64,000 bases of DNA from the human T2T-CHM13v2.0 reference genome, Homo sapiens. The notes beneath the pieces were generated by a model, which searched no databases, was not told the DNA's origin, and worked only from the letters and a program-made list of their open reading frames with translations. The stretch lies in NCBI RefSeq assembly GCF_009914755.1, contig NC_060929.1; one strand, given 5' to 3'. How positions within the stretch are numbered: the stretch's first letter is position 1; each line of letters begins with the position of its first letter. Shown one piece after another: positions 1 through 13,960 of this stretch. A program made the position numbers and the translations under genes.

Positions 1-192
1 CCTCCACCATAATTCTTGCTACATTCTAACACACCATCTAACTGATTTCTTAGGGTTGTTATTTATAGTCTGTCTTCTCTAAAAGAATGTCAACTCCAAG
101 AGGCAGGAACTCTGTCCTGCTTGTTCACTGATGGATCTCCAAGTGCTTGAGTAGGCTGTGGAGGCCTACGGTAACTGCTGGCTGAATGAGTC
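1..192 (+). mobile_element. L2 3'-end fragment
   Basis: ...gaatgtcaactccaagaggcaggaactctgtcctgcttgttcactgatggatctcc...tgaatgagt resembles the L2 3' terminus. Confidence 0.6.
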
Positions 193-505
193 GGGTCATT
201 TTACTAGGCGGAAAGAGAGTTCTTAATTTTTCAAGGGGACTCTGGGACTTTAGCTGAAAACTGCATCGTTATGAAATGAAATGCTCCAAAGTAAACAGCC
301 CACATTACTCAGAAAAGCCACTCTGCCCTGAGTGGCACAGTCATTGCCCACCAGAGAGCTGAAGGACTGTCTCCAAACCACCTTTCCTCCTCAGCTTTCT
401 GCAGCTTTGCAGCAGCATTAACTCTCAGTGCCCACCTCCCCTGGGTCTCCTAAAGCTCTCTGGTCCCTGAGTAATGCTTTCTTAAGGGGGCCCAGGGAAG
501 TGCTC

Positions 506-873
<368 letters not shown>

Positions 874-1574
874 TAGGAAGTTTTCTTTCAAAACAAAACA
901 AAACAACAACATTAAATCACTTTGGTTGACAGAAACAATTGACTTAAAAAAAAATGAGCTGCTTTAGCTATTGGTGATTTCTTTCAATAATAAGCTATTA
1001 AAGAGGAAATAAATACAGATGTGCCCAGTTTCAAAAAAAAACATGCTTGTATATAAATCGGAACTTATGAAACAGATCTATTAGGAGTGATTAATCAAAA
1101 TACAGAAGAGTCTTCAAATTAAAAAACAGAGACTCTGTTTTACAAAAGGACTCACATCATAGGCTCTATTCAAGAATTCTAAATAAGTCATTAATTTAGG
1201 AACCTGGGCATATAGAAAGTTAAGTTCAATTAACAATCAACTGAAGATTAATCAGAAATGAGGGTAAAACATTACTAAAATTTTAATATAAGCTAATAGG
1301 AAAACATTAGAGTCACAGAAGTTTAAATCATGCTGGTTTAGAGACTCATTAATCTATATGATATATAACTTTTTATTACTAGAGTTACAATCATAAGGAT
1401 TTGAATCAGCACTTATAGTGTTCTTTTTTAGCCCTTGATACTTGGAAGAACTTGAAAAACATTTTTCTCCCCTTTTTAAGACATTTTGACCACATGGCTT
1501 TGTCACAGGCTTTGTTTGCCAGGTAAAATACAGAAAGCCTGGTTGTATTTGAATTTCAGGTAAATAGTGAATAC

Positions 1575-1830
1575 ACGTCATAGCAAATTTGTCCAAACCC
1601 ATGGGATGTATAGCACCAAGAGTGAACCCCAATGTCAACTGTGGACTTTGAGTGATAATGATGTGTCAATGTAGGTTCATCAACTATAATAAATGTAGCA
1701 TTCTGGTGGGGGATGTTGACAATGGAGGAGGCTATGCATGTGTAGGGGTAGGGAGTATATGGGAACTCTCTGCCTTCCTTTCAATTTTGCTGTGAACCTA
1801 AAACTGCTCTAAAAAATAAAGTCTATTATT
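1575..1830 (+). mobile_element. Old L1 (L1MC/L1MB-type) 3' UTR fragment, preceded by a short MER3/MER33-like piece at about 1512-1572
   Basis: ...gtgaaccccaatgtcaactgtggactttgagtgataatgatgtgtcaatgtaggttcatc...ctgtgaacctaaaactgctctaaaaaataaagt is a typical L1M 3' end. Confidence 0.8.
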
Positions 1831-4164
1831 ATTATTATTTTTTAAAGTCTTCCTGGCATGTGGCTTTTGAAAATTCCTTCCTTTGATGGGAAATCTCCTT
1901 CACATTTTGTTGCTAATGTGGAAATATTATTTAAACCCCAAGTTCAGGCCATAGGCAACTCTTATTAAGCTGAAGGCTTTTTTTTCCTTCATAGTCATGA
2001 AAAATAGAAGAAACAACAAAATTTTTGCTGAAAAATTTACATGGATATGAATTCTGGAAGCCAGGAAAGGGCAACATTGTATTTTTCAAACCACAGGGCA
2101 AATAGGCCTGCATGTTCCGACTAAATGAGTTCATTCTTAGAGCCAGCCTCAATTTATCGATGCGAGGCACCTGGGGGCATTAGGAGCCATACTCCTCTGC
2201 AGAGGATGCTGGGCAGCCTCACTGAGCCTGTCCTTAATTCTTCTGCAGAGGCCTCTCACCCAGCCCAGACAAGAAACTCCTGGTGATGAGCTGAAATGCC
2301 CACAGCTGCCTCCATTTTCCAGGAATTCACTGAGCTGAGGGAAAAGAAGAGGGGTCTGGGTTTGGATTCGTTCCCTAAATTAAGACTTACTGGCGCATCT
2401 CTGTCTTCATCCTTTAAAAGGCTTGGCAGAATGTCAGATATGCAAATGACCCTCATTTATTAACTTTAATAGTGAAATACTTGCAAACCACAAAAGAGGA
2501 GCATCATTAAAAAAATAATAGGTCATATCTTTGCTCATTTCCCAGACCTGCTTGGAGGATATATCTTGGAAAACATGTCCATCTAAAATATAAAGTTTTT
2601 GGAAATCCAAAGTGCTCAAATGCATTTAAGCTATCCTTCAGAGTGCAACCAAATGTTTTGGTGTTATTCTATTTAAAATATTTTAACTTTGATGTGTTCT
2701 TTGTATAAATAGTGTTACTTAAAGAAATGAAACCTTGTACCGGGGCACAACTCTGGGAACAAACAGTTCACCGCAAAGACTTTGCTGCCCTCGATTATGG
2801 GGAAAAAAAATAGTAATGTCATCCCAGGAACAAAGGACTGAGATAGTGACTATTTTGTAAAGTCAACTGAGTTTTAATAGGAACAATGGTGAGGGCTCCA
2901 AGTCCTCCCTGTAATAGCTGAACTCAAAATTACATAATCCAAAACATTACATTGGTTAAGCTGGCAAGAGTGGACAAAGTCTTTTCGTAAAATGCCAGAT
3001 TTGTCTTAAAACAGTACAGGTTAACTATATTTTAATCAAAGGGTCATTTTTCTACTTGTAGCTGGTTGTCCCCTCCTCAGCCTGGCCAGGCAGGGAGTCT
3101 AAGCTGACTTTCATTCTAAGTCATCCTAAGTCCCCAACCTGTGGGCCTGAGAGGGAGATGGCACAAAGTTGTCTATGAGGGACAAAGTGGTGAGGACACA
3201 ACTCCTTATCCAGAAGGTGGAAGGAAGGTCTTTGAGGCTCAGAGGGACCCAGGAGAGAGGGGGCCTGACCTCAGTACACACAGTGGTCCTGTTCAGGAGA
3301 TGTCTTCCAGGCCAGGCTTGAGATCTGCATGAGCCGGGCTTGGCTGATGCAGGGGCCCCAGAGAGAAGGCTCAGGGGTTTCTTGCTGTGGGGAGAACAGC
3401 CTTGCTACTTCACTATAGTGTCCAGCTTCTGTGCCTGGAAGGGTGAGGGCTAATGGGACCCATAGGGGTGAGCTGCTGCCTGAGCCAAGGCCACACAAGT
3501 GAGAGATACATCAGGAACCAGTGGCCAGATGGTGGGGCTCAGTTTTGGGATGGGGCAGGATGCTGAGGATGAGGCCACAGGATGCTGCACCTGCGGCTGC
3601 CGAGGTGCGGTGCCATCCATCCTGACATGTAGCGGTTCCTATGAAAGGCTGTCTTCAGACAGGAGGAAAATGGAAAACCCCCTAATGGTGGGAGACATTT
3701 AATCTGGTATTCTTTGCCTACCTATATTGCAGGTAAAATGCAAATTGCTCTACAGGCCAAGTATCTGAAAAATATAGAGATCTCTCTCGATCTATAAACA
3801 CATACACATACACATGCGTGCATACATATGCGTCTACACACAGAGACACACATATACATACTTATATGAAAAGAAAAGATCAACTTAAAATTGATACAAC
3901 TTCTCAAGAAGAGTCCCAATGAATGTCATTGTTTTGGAATAAGTTATTTTTATCTTTCTATATGTTACAAACATGATTTTCTTTCACTAATATTGGAATA
4001 TCATTACAAGAACTACATGGCTGAGTTTAACCTGTAAAACTTCTTGCATTACAAAATTTCATCAGGCTATAACTTAGATAAGAGCTTCCTTGAAGCACTT
4101 AAAAAACATTACCAGTGTAAAGGTGGAATACTGCCTACTTTCACACAACATTAACTTTAAACCT

Positions 4165-4300
4165 GACAACCTCCCTTCAAGGCTAAATTGAATACTATCT
4201 CCATTTTACAGCTCAGGAAGCTGAGGCTCAGAGAAGACAAATATTTGGTGAAGTCCATAGGACTAATAAATGTGGACCTGGTGGTTCAGTTTCAAAGCTC
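4165..4300 (-). mobile_element. MIR fragment
   Basis: ccattttacagctcaggaagctgaggctcagaga is the MIR core in reverse orientation. Confidence 0.7.
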
Positions 4301-7164
4301 AAACTTGTTGTCTTTTTGTTTTAAAGTAAAAACTCTACTACCACTGAGCTCTTCAAGTCTTGCGGCAGATGGGAATTTACTCTGAGACGAGAGCAAGACA
4401 TGCTGGTTTCACCTGTACACATTTACCAAAGTCAGCACAGGAGGTGAGAAACATACTTTCTGTTGAAAAATTCAGTACGAACTCAGGTACGCTAAGTAGA
4501 TCCTAAAGTTAGGCTGCCATGGGCCACAGAATACAGTAAATTGTCTCCCAAAAAGGAAAAGCCATGCTACTCAGGGGCATTTCTCCTGTGTCCTGGTTCT
4601 TGCATATCACGCTAAGACAGCTCTGGCGATTTCCCAGTTAAAACCGGAAAAGCCGCAGCCAGCACAGCAGCAGATCCAGACAGAGAGGCCCCATCTCCGG
4701 AAGCTCCTCCAACTCATGCTGGCACCAAATGACCAGGCTCTTGCTGCAGAGTTGGAGACAAGAGAGGCCCGGATTCCAGTCTTGGGTCAGTCCCTGATCA
4801 GCTGCGTGACCTTGGAAGTAGTCACTTAACCCTTCTGAGGTCAACTCAGTGCTCTCTGGGGCCTTTTCCAGCTCCAAAATGCTAAAGTGTGGAGAGTCTA
4901 AGTCTTGGCTGGAAAGTGTGGCCAGACACGGGTTTTTCAGTCACCTCTGCAAGGGAGTAGACCACCTCTGGCTGACGCCCCAGCAGCATTCAGCTCAGCC
5001 AGTACCATCAGGGGCCGCATAAAACCCCACAGGAGGTATTTTAGAACTCTGCAGTGCTTGACCTCTTCAGTTTACCTCTTGGCTGAATGTCTCGGCTACA
5101 TTTGAAATGACCGTCATCAATCTTCTCTTAAATCATCAAGTCATCTTCCTGTGCCCTATTTAAGAGAGGTAAAAGATGTGTAGAAAGGGCCCTGTATCTG
5201 CATATGAAAGCATCCAGATTCTACTGTAAGGCATTCTTAAACTTCAGTTTCCATCTGTAAAAATAGAGATGGGCCCCATGACCCCTGAGAGGACACACTA
5301 CAGCCTCACGCTACAATTCCTTCAGTCTCCATCACCCAAAAGTCAAACACTCAATTTACCATTTTCTTCGAATCTCAATTTTATTCATTTCTGTTTTTGC
5401 TGCTTCAAGTATGCTTAGGTCATACCCAGCTTATGACTCCAAGGCTAGAATTGCCCACTGCAAGTGGTACAAAATGGATCAGGAGAGCCAAGCAGCTTGT
5501 CCTTGAAGCCAATCTCTGGGCTGTCAACTCTTGTTCTTATTTGACCTTCAGGAACCTCTAAAATGTGCAGTCCATGAGAATGGACTCTAAATGTGAGTTT
5601 ATGAGAATGTTCTAGTTCTCTGAAAAACTTCTGTAAAGTTTTGTTATCTGCTCCTATTTCAAAGTGATGACTTTGACACTTATTTGAACTACTTTTTAAA
5701 AAAGGCCCATAGATCAGTAAGCACTGAATGCTGATGCATCTTACATTTTGTAATGACCTTCCGTGCTTTCCTATTTTGGACACAGAATTCATCTAGTGTT
5801 TGGTAGACCGTCCTGATCATAGGCTGCTGTTGGGTTAACTTTCAGAAGTGTCCACAGCATCTATTTTCCTAAAAACAATTACCAGCTGAGGCAATTTACT
5901 AAGTCATTGTGACCATTTCCAGAGCTACCAGTGCATTCTCTTCAGGACCAGTGGTTTGTTGACAGTAAGGCATGACATCGATTTATTTGAAAAGTATTTG
6001 CGTTGTAAAAACACCACTGTTTTGTTGTTTTAAAAAAGCATTTCTGGATTCTCTCAAGGCAGAAGAAAAAGACCAACCAGAATGCAAATCACTTTAGAAT
6101 ATAGAAAAAGAAGCTATGGGTGTACTTAGAAAAGCCACTTTGCCCATCAAAATGCCATCTTATTTACCATCTCCACCCACTCTGAATGACATTGCACATA
6201 CTAGTTGTACTATATCCTAAACTGTTATCCTACAACTCAACTAAGCAAATTTGTAATAAATGGACTGAAAATTACTCCATCAATACAAACAGCCAGAAAA
6301 CCCCACTCAGGGAGAGACAGACAGTAAATTCCTTTGTTACTCAGGTTCTGATCACCTTGCTCTGATTTCTATGTATGTGGTCCATGCTTTTATTACAGTT
6401 ATGCTAATAATTTTACAGTAATACAGCACAGTCCCCCTGGGTGGAAAGTGTCCATTCTTCAGCTTTTAAGTCAGGAAAACACCCAACAGGGTGTTCATTT
6501 GTTAGCTAATCCATGAACACCTGGTGTGAGCTAAAAGCACTCCAGAGTCGGTAATAAACACCACAAGCTAATGAGCACACACCAGGAGGTCTGCTACTGC
6601 CCTTATAAAAAACTTAACAGGGAAGGGTGAGAAAGTTACCCAGTAAAATTAAGTGCACAAAAAGCCACTAGGGCAAATCATCCCTGTGGTGTTATCAGAG
6701 GCAGGTGGTTGTGGGGGTGGTGGAGTCTCTCCTTTCTTCTTTCAGCGAAGCCCTGCCCCCAGCCTGAGAGGCTGCAGGACCCTGCAGGATTCTGCACTCA
6801 GCATCCCTCAGCTCTTCCCAGGGGACCCACTGAGCAGTAGGTAAAAGGCATGTAAGGGTCTCAGTGATTTGAACAAGAAGGAGGGACTAAGAGAAGATGA
6901 AAGAAATCTTCTTTATCATTTGAATTTGTTTGGTAGATTCTTGTGGTCAGATATGAGGAGGGAATTTCTACCCCCAGTGAGTGAATTTACGGGAATCTCA
7001 AAGACTCTTCAGGTAATGAGATACGGTTATCATTCTAAAACAACTTTACCTGCCAAACCCATTCCCTGATTTTTTTTCCTTGATGACTTTTTGATGCAGT
7101 CAGAAGAGTGACATCTGAGTGTCATGGGCTGGCAGGAAGTGATCTTGTGCAGTAGTGACAAGTG

Positions 7165-7350
7165 TGAGTGCTGGACTCAGGCTGCCCTGTGTCCAGACCC
7201 TGGCTAAGCTGCTAACCCTGTAAGCCTCAATTTCCCCATCTTTCAAATGGGGCTAGTCACACCTTTACCTTCAGGTCAAAATTAATATGATAACATAAGA
7301 AAAGATTTCAGCTCAGTTCCTGGTCCACAGAAAGTATTTCACAAATGGTG
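7165..7350 (+). mobile_element. MIR
   Basis: agcctcaatttccccatctttcaaatggggctagt core. Confidence 0.65.
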
Positions 7351-8049
7351 CCTAATGTAGGCCAATATGGTTATCACATCTGGGATCCTCCTTCAGCAAT
7401 ATTTGCACAGAAGGCAGCAGTGTAAAGCCAACTCTACAGTCTCTAGACAAAGCAAGATTGCCCAAAAGGGGATCCAGACACTGGTCCCTACTTAGTCTAG
7501 CATGTTCTACAGAGGAGAGACCTCTGTGCAGGGCCTGGAGCCCCTGGCATGGTGGGTTGTGGGCAGAAGCCACAGGCCCGTCTTGGGAGGCTGTGTGAGC
7601 TCTTCCGTGTTCCTCAAAATGCCTGACAACTAAACATGCAAATGTCAGCAGACCCCAGAGCCCATGAGGGTTATCTTTGTGTCCACTATGGCTTAGAGCA
7701 GTGTCTTCAGACTGAGGCACCTGGCCCTCTGGGGGCACAGGAAGACTTTCTGCAGTGCCTATGGGTGGTTGAAAGGGAATCCATGTCCATTTCCTCAATT
7801 TCCACATGTGCCATGTCCTAAAATGTCTGGTCTGCCTGCGGATGCTCCTGCTCTGGTTCTCCTTGCCCATGTCCCCTTTTCCAATCCCTCTTTATCCTTA
7901 CTGAGAGACGGTGTGCTTCTCACCTATCTAGCCATTCTATTGTGGGGCCTGTCCCAGGGATAAACACCTTCAGGCGCCATACAAAGGCATTCATGCATGA
8001 ATGGCTCCTTGGAACAAACTGATATTGGGCGCTTCCTGATGTGAGGACA

Positions 8050-8570
8050 TAGTGCCATGAATATGATATTCCAAGGATGTTTCCCTACATCTAATCATGT
8101 GGAAATAATCAGACAGATCTAAACTGAAGGGTAGTCTGGGAAACAGCTAGCAAAAGAGCCCAGAGTTTTCACAAATGTCAATGTCATGCGGGAAAAAAAG
8201 ACTTGGGAATCATTTTAGATTAAGGAAGTATAAAGATACCAGACAGTCAAATGCAATTTATGGTCCTGGGTTTTAAAAAAAAAAAAACAAAACATAAAGG
8301 ACATAATTGCTACAACTGGGGACATATGAACACAGACTATCTATTGGATAACAGTATTATATCCATGTTAAATTTCCTGAGACTGATAACTGAATTGTGG
8401 CTATATAAGACATTGTCCTTGTTCTTAGAAGGTACATACTGAAATATTTAACATTCTGATGTTTGCAACAAATTCTCAAATGGTTCAGAAAAAAACGAGG
8501 CAAAATGCTAAAAAAGAGGTTAATCTTAGTGAAGGATGTATGGGTGTTCACTGTGCTACAAACACTTGCA
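8050..8570 (+). mobile_element. Old L1 (L1MC/L1ME) 3' fragment
   Basis: ...ctattggataacagtattatatccatgttaaatttcctga...gtccttgttcttagaaggtacatactgaaatattt... resembles L1MC/ME 3' UTR. Confidence 0.7.
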
Positions 8571-9659
8571 AAGGGAGATAACTTTGTGAATAAACCAAGA
8601 AATCCTGAAGCCAGTTGCTCCATATTTCCTCCTGGCCAGGCCCCTTGGGAAGCCTCAGTGCTTTCTTTGCTTATCTGACTGTTCACCTATCCATCTCTCT
8701 ACCTTACAATTAGGATCCAGAATTGTGACAGTTGTCATGGGGTGTATATTAACATGTACATTTGAATTGAAAATGAAGTCAGACCTTTTCTGACCAAAAA
8801 GCCAATTGATTTGGGCTGATTAGTTTGATCATTTTCCATGAACTAAATAAACTACATAGGCAGGTGCAAAGTTTTGCCAAAAGAATATTTAAAGCATATA
8901 TACAGTTCCTGAAAGGGCTAGAAATGACATCTGGTGTAACTATTTAAACCTATGATGAAAAATTTTAGAAAGCTTCAAAGTAGGTAATCGTTTTTCAACA
9001 TTCTTATTTGCAGGTTTGCAGGCAAAAAAATTGGAAGGCCATATTGTTTTAAAACCATGCTTCTCTACTTCAATTTTGTTATTAAAGTTATGCAAAAGTG
9101 GGTTTTGCCTCTACTGAGCTAACCAGTTGTTTCCCAGTGGTGACCCAAGTCTGCTTACGCATACTCCTATTCCCACTGAGGCCATCGCTCTGGCACTCGT
9201 GCAGTCACACTAGGTTCCTATGTGGATGCCATCCCCTCGCTGGGCAGAATGGGAGAGATCTGAGAACTAGAGTCTCCCACAAGGCCTCCCGAATGCTGTC
9301 TGCCTACCAAGCACTTGAAGAGACCTTGCTTTGTTGCAAAGAGTTAGGGAGCCTTCTCTCATTGCAAAAAGCATCAATATTATAGGAATACTTAGAGAAA
9401 TTCATGTTTCTCTTCTTAAAAACATCCTGATCTGGACTTTGAAGTAGTCATTAGTAATACTGGCTTAAGCCTACCGCAGCCCAAATGGAGATTTTAAAAG
9501 GGCCAAAAGGAAATTTGATAGTCTCTGCTTCTCTTTTCTCTTTGCTTGCTTAATTTTCCTGGAAATCTGTGTTTCAGGGTTAGTGAGTGCATTTTTAAGC
9601 AAGCCAAAGTCTATATTTTCTTAATTCACTAATATGCACACACAGTCTGTGTAAAGTCA

Positions 9660-9790
9660 AGAAATATTGGCTTTCGGACCAACATGCTGAGGTTTAAATT
9701 CTGGCTTCACCACTTACTAGGTTTGTGACCCGGAACAACTCTCTAGGTCTCCTTTCTTCACCTGTAAAATGGGGATAATAATATCTCCTC
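9660..9790 (+). mobile_element. MIR
   Basis: tttcttcacctgtaaaatggggataataata core. Confidence 0.7.
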
Positions 9791-11749
9791 TTCTATTGTA
9801 GAGCTCAAACTTACTTGATTTCAGGACAAGAACTGTGTTCATCATGTGGATAGTTAAAAGGTGCTAGGTCATTAACTTTAATATTAAGTGTTTATTTGCA
9901 GATATTCACTTACTTGGGGCTAATAGTTTGGTTCAATTGTGCCTATGTCTAGAAGATTTTTAAAAATAAAAGCACAACACCTCAAAATAAAAGACATGCT
10001 TACGGCATAGGCCCCACTCAAAAGCAGTCTGGGTATTTAGGTAACTTCTCCTGCAAGACAGCTTTGAAGCAAGATCCCGCCTTGTAGTCACCTGCCTGCT
10101 CCATGGGTGCCCCACTGCTATCAAAAACAGAGCAAACACCTTTCCTGAATTTTATAGTATCACACAATCTGGTATCACCTGTCAAGACATCTTCAATTTC
10201 CCACCACTTCTTAGCACCTCTTTCTAGAACTTGGAGACTGGTCTGTCCTCCTCTTTGTTCCACTGTCCCTTCCCCACATCATGGTCACAAATTTTCCCAT
10301 GCTACTCCCTAGTATGTCCCCCTTTCCTTTTCCCTTCCCTTCCAAACACCCATCTTTCAAGTACCAGGTCAAATCCTCCCTCTTCCCTGAAGTCGTCCCT
10401 GCTATGATACCCAAATCCCAGTGAGCTCACTGCTAGGAATTTTTACCACACATGCGTACAGCTCACCTAAACCCTACACAATAGACATATCTATCTGACT
10501 GACATTCTATTCATCCATCCAGCCATCCGCCCATCCACCTAGCAATAGTTTACAGCTAGATCACAAGCAACTTTATTTACAAATTTAGCCTTTTTGAGGC
10601 CGCATGGCACCCAGTACATGAAAGATATTTAATATTTGTTTCCTGATTAAGCTTAAGTAATTAACTAAAAAACAAGTATTTTAATCAAATGAAGGTGCTA
10701 TGGTCCATGAGTGTTAAATAAACAAAGATCAAAGAGATATTAGGAGGGGAAAATATCAGGGAGCTTTAATTTTTATATCTGTTGAAGAAGAACCTGTTGA
10801 GTACATTGCTCACGCCCTGGGTCAGCCTAAGGTCCTGACTGGCCAAATCAATTTAAGCCTTAAATAGATTTCTCTAAGCAGTAACAGTTTGAAATGGTTT
10901 TCCAGACTGGGGCCAGAATGAGAATATTGGTCTCAGATCTCAAGTAAAGAATCAGTGCCTCCTACAAGAGTCTGATGTGCAGTTTCTTGATTCCAAGAGA
11001 CCCATCCCAAGTGGCAGAGCTCCTTTCCAGCTTAGGTAGTTACTTTGTTAAAGTATTGTTCATTCATACAGTCCCTAAGCGATAAGACACAACAGATAGA
11101 TGGTGTTTGTTCATTCTAAATTCTGTATTTCATAACATTAGATTTGAAAGCTTAACATTTACCCAGCTTGTTGCACTAGAAGCTTCCTTAGCTCTATAGA
11201 GGTGGTCTCACAGTTTACTAAGTATTTTTTGCTAGGGTTATGAAACTTCTTAAATTAAATGTCCAGCTGGGATGGATCATTTACAAAGATACGCTCCATC
11301 TCCATACAGGTAGCCTCCAACTCACAACCCTCTTGTCACTTCCATAGAAAGATCCTACCCTGCCTTGGTTCCCTCCTTCCCATGACGGAAGAGGTCTCCC
11401 TAACATAACCATAGGAGTTTGGTGAGAAAAAAATTCCACTGGAAATATATGGGCTTGGAAACTGGGGAAGGGTCGGAGCTGTGAAACCTGGGAAGAGCCA
11501 GGGGCAGCTGACCCAGGGGCAGAATCCCAGGCAAGCCTGGCCTGCCTACGTGCTGACCAACCAACAGTGGGGCCCAAAATAGCCTGCCCACAAGGCCTGC
11601 ATTTCTCTCACTCGCTGTACTCTGTTGTGCTGCTGAAATCCCACTATTTAGAGCAGCATCCTGGCAGATGTCGTAGCGGAAGAAGTGAATTCACTGGGTG
11701 CCCAGGGAGGGGCCATTGCAAGCAGGAGGGTGGCAAATGACAACTATGA

Positions 11750-11945
11750 TCCCTATTTATGGAGCAGAGGCTTTACAAAGCAATATCTAAGTTAACCCTC
11801 ACATCAACCCATGAGACAGATTTACTCTTATGCCTATTTTACAGGGAAGAAAAAACAAAGCTTAAGGGATGTTAAGTAACAGCTCAACATCTCAGTTAAG
11901 TGGCAAGGCTGGGGTCCAAATCCTAGTCTGGTCTGAATGTGTTAC
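11750..11945 (-). mobile_element. MIR
   Basis: cctattttacagggaagaaaaaacaaagcttaagggatgttaagtaac... Confidence 0.6.
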
Positions 11946-12334
11946 CTTGAGCTCTTGCTTGCTGAAACCTCCCTGATTTCTTGTTCTGTGCCCTCCTTTT
12001 GCAGATTATGGGATGTGCCCCCCAGGGCAGAGACTCTCACTTAGTAATATTGTGAATGACAGTTCAGTTATATCGTGGTTTACATAGGTTTTTGTGGGCT
12101 AGCCTGAAAACTTGATAGCTTAATTTAAAAAATTGTTTCCATAGGAAATTTTGTGAACTGCTACCAAACTGGTAGAATATAATCCCATTATATTATACTA
12201 AATTAGGAATTACTTGTAATTACAACTTAACGATGCTCAATGTCATTTTAGTTGGTTTCCAGTTGCACAAAAAATTCAGCCCACCTTACTGGACTGAGGT
12301 TCTTTCACGTTGATTTTTTCATACCACCACACAT

Positions 12335-12465
12335 GTGCATTTACTAGAAGCTATGTTCCATGAGGGCAGCGACTTTTGTTTATTAGGTGTATCAAGGTAT
12401 CCCTAGCACTTAGGACAGTGCCTGGCACAGACAGGCATACATGTAACTATTTGGTGAATGTATAT
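12335..12465 (+). mobile_element. L2 3'-end fragment
   Basis: gttccatgagggcagcgac...ccctagcacttaggacagtgcctggcacagacagg. Confidence 0.7.
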
Positions 12466-13799
12466 GTGCATTTAGATGCAAATTTTTAAAACCACATGCA
12501 TTTTATGCTTTTACTTATTAAATACATTTAGAGTTGAGATAAGGAATATGACTATGATGAACTAACCTTCAATAAATTCAGACAACCTTGTGCACCATGG
12601 TCTAAATCATTAGTTCAAGACCTTCCTCCCATATAAAGTATCCTCCCCTTCCCATATAAAGTACATTTCAGTAGTTTGGGGGAAACTCTGGTCCCAGCTT
12701 CAGACCTGCCTCCTGTGATCATGGAACTGTGGTGCATTATAGACAAGTTGCTTTGCCTCTTTAGGTTTCAGGACTAGAGGGGTTTCCTTTCAGCTCGAAA
12801 ATGCTATGACATTTGCAAGTTTCAACTTGCAGATTCCTCATGCCTGCTCTAATTGCCCTTTGGAAACTGGCAAAAAGCAAAATACTGGCAAAATACTGGC
12901 AAAAAGCAAAATAAACAAATAAAGATAGCAAAAGAGAAAAGTCTTGGGTACCCCAAAAGTCAAATCACAAGTCCTTGAGTTTAGACAGGCTAGAAGTTGC
13001 TACAGGAGGCAGTCCTGAGCCATTTACTTTACAGCCAGCCTCTAGGCAAGCCCGTTGGCCAATTATGAATTCCATTTGGTTATCTCACACTGAGGGCATA
13101 CTAGTAATAGAATTCTGGATGTTTTATTTACATTGGAACCAGCGGAACACATGCAATCTTAAAGGTGAGTGTGCAAACTGTGTATATTCTGGTCCTCCTG
13201 TGAAAAGCGCAGAATGACGTTAATGTGGCATGAAAGCTCTTTTGCTCAATCATTAAGTTACAAGTATTTGGATGGAACTAGAGGAATCAGAATTTATGAT
13301 ACTTTCTATTTTTAAATGAAATGTGGTGACTTAATGTTTTTCTACATAAGCCTTAACCAGTTGCACCATGTACAGTGCAGGATATAAATGTCAGCACTGT
13401 GACAGAGGCGTGTTGACACTGGTTGAGTGTTCAAAGTCTGCATACTGTCATTATTTTGCCTTCCCTGCACTTGACAGCTTGCTACCGAATCAAACATATC
13501 TGGAAAGAAGTCAATTTGGCTTAGAATGCAGCTCAGTTTCTCTTTGGGAACGTTTCTTTTTCAGGTTTCCTCTGGGATCTATTGGGTCTTCCCACAGACA
13601 AAACACAATGGGGTGTGTTTTGCTGTTCAAATGTAAATAGAGTAGTGAGAATCTTGTTCACTGATGACACAGCATCAATTTTGGAAAAGGGAAGCAATCC
13701 CTCTTCCCTACAACATGCCCTTATCCCTGCAATCTGTGTTAACTCGCTTGCTTTGTGACTACTTGTACCTTATATGAGCCAAAGATTTTCTTGGGTATT

Positions 13800-13960
13800 A
13801 TCAAGCCATGGTGATTCAAGTCTGGTTGCACATTAGACTCATCTGGGGAACACCTAAAAACTCAGATGCCTGGGCCACACCCCAAACCAACTAAATCAGA
13901 ATCTCCTGGGGTGAGACCTAGCATCAGTAGTCTTTAAAGTTCCCCAGGTGACTCCAATCT
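13800..13960. mobile_element. MER5A-like hAT MITE
   Basis: gatgcctgggccacacccc...aaatcagaatctcctggggtgagacctagcatcagtagtctttaaagttccccaggtga. Confidence 0.7.
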
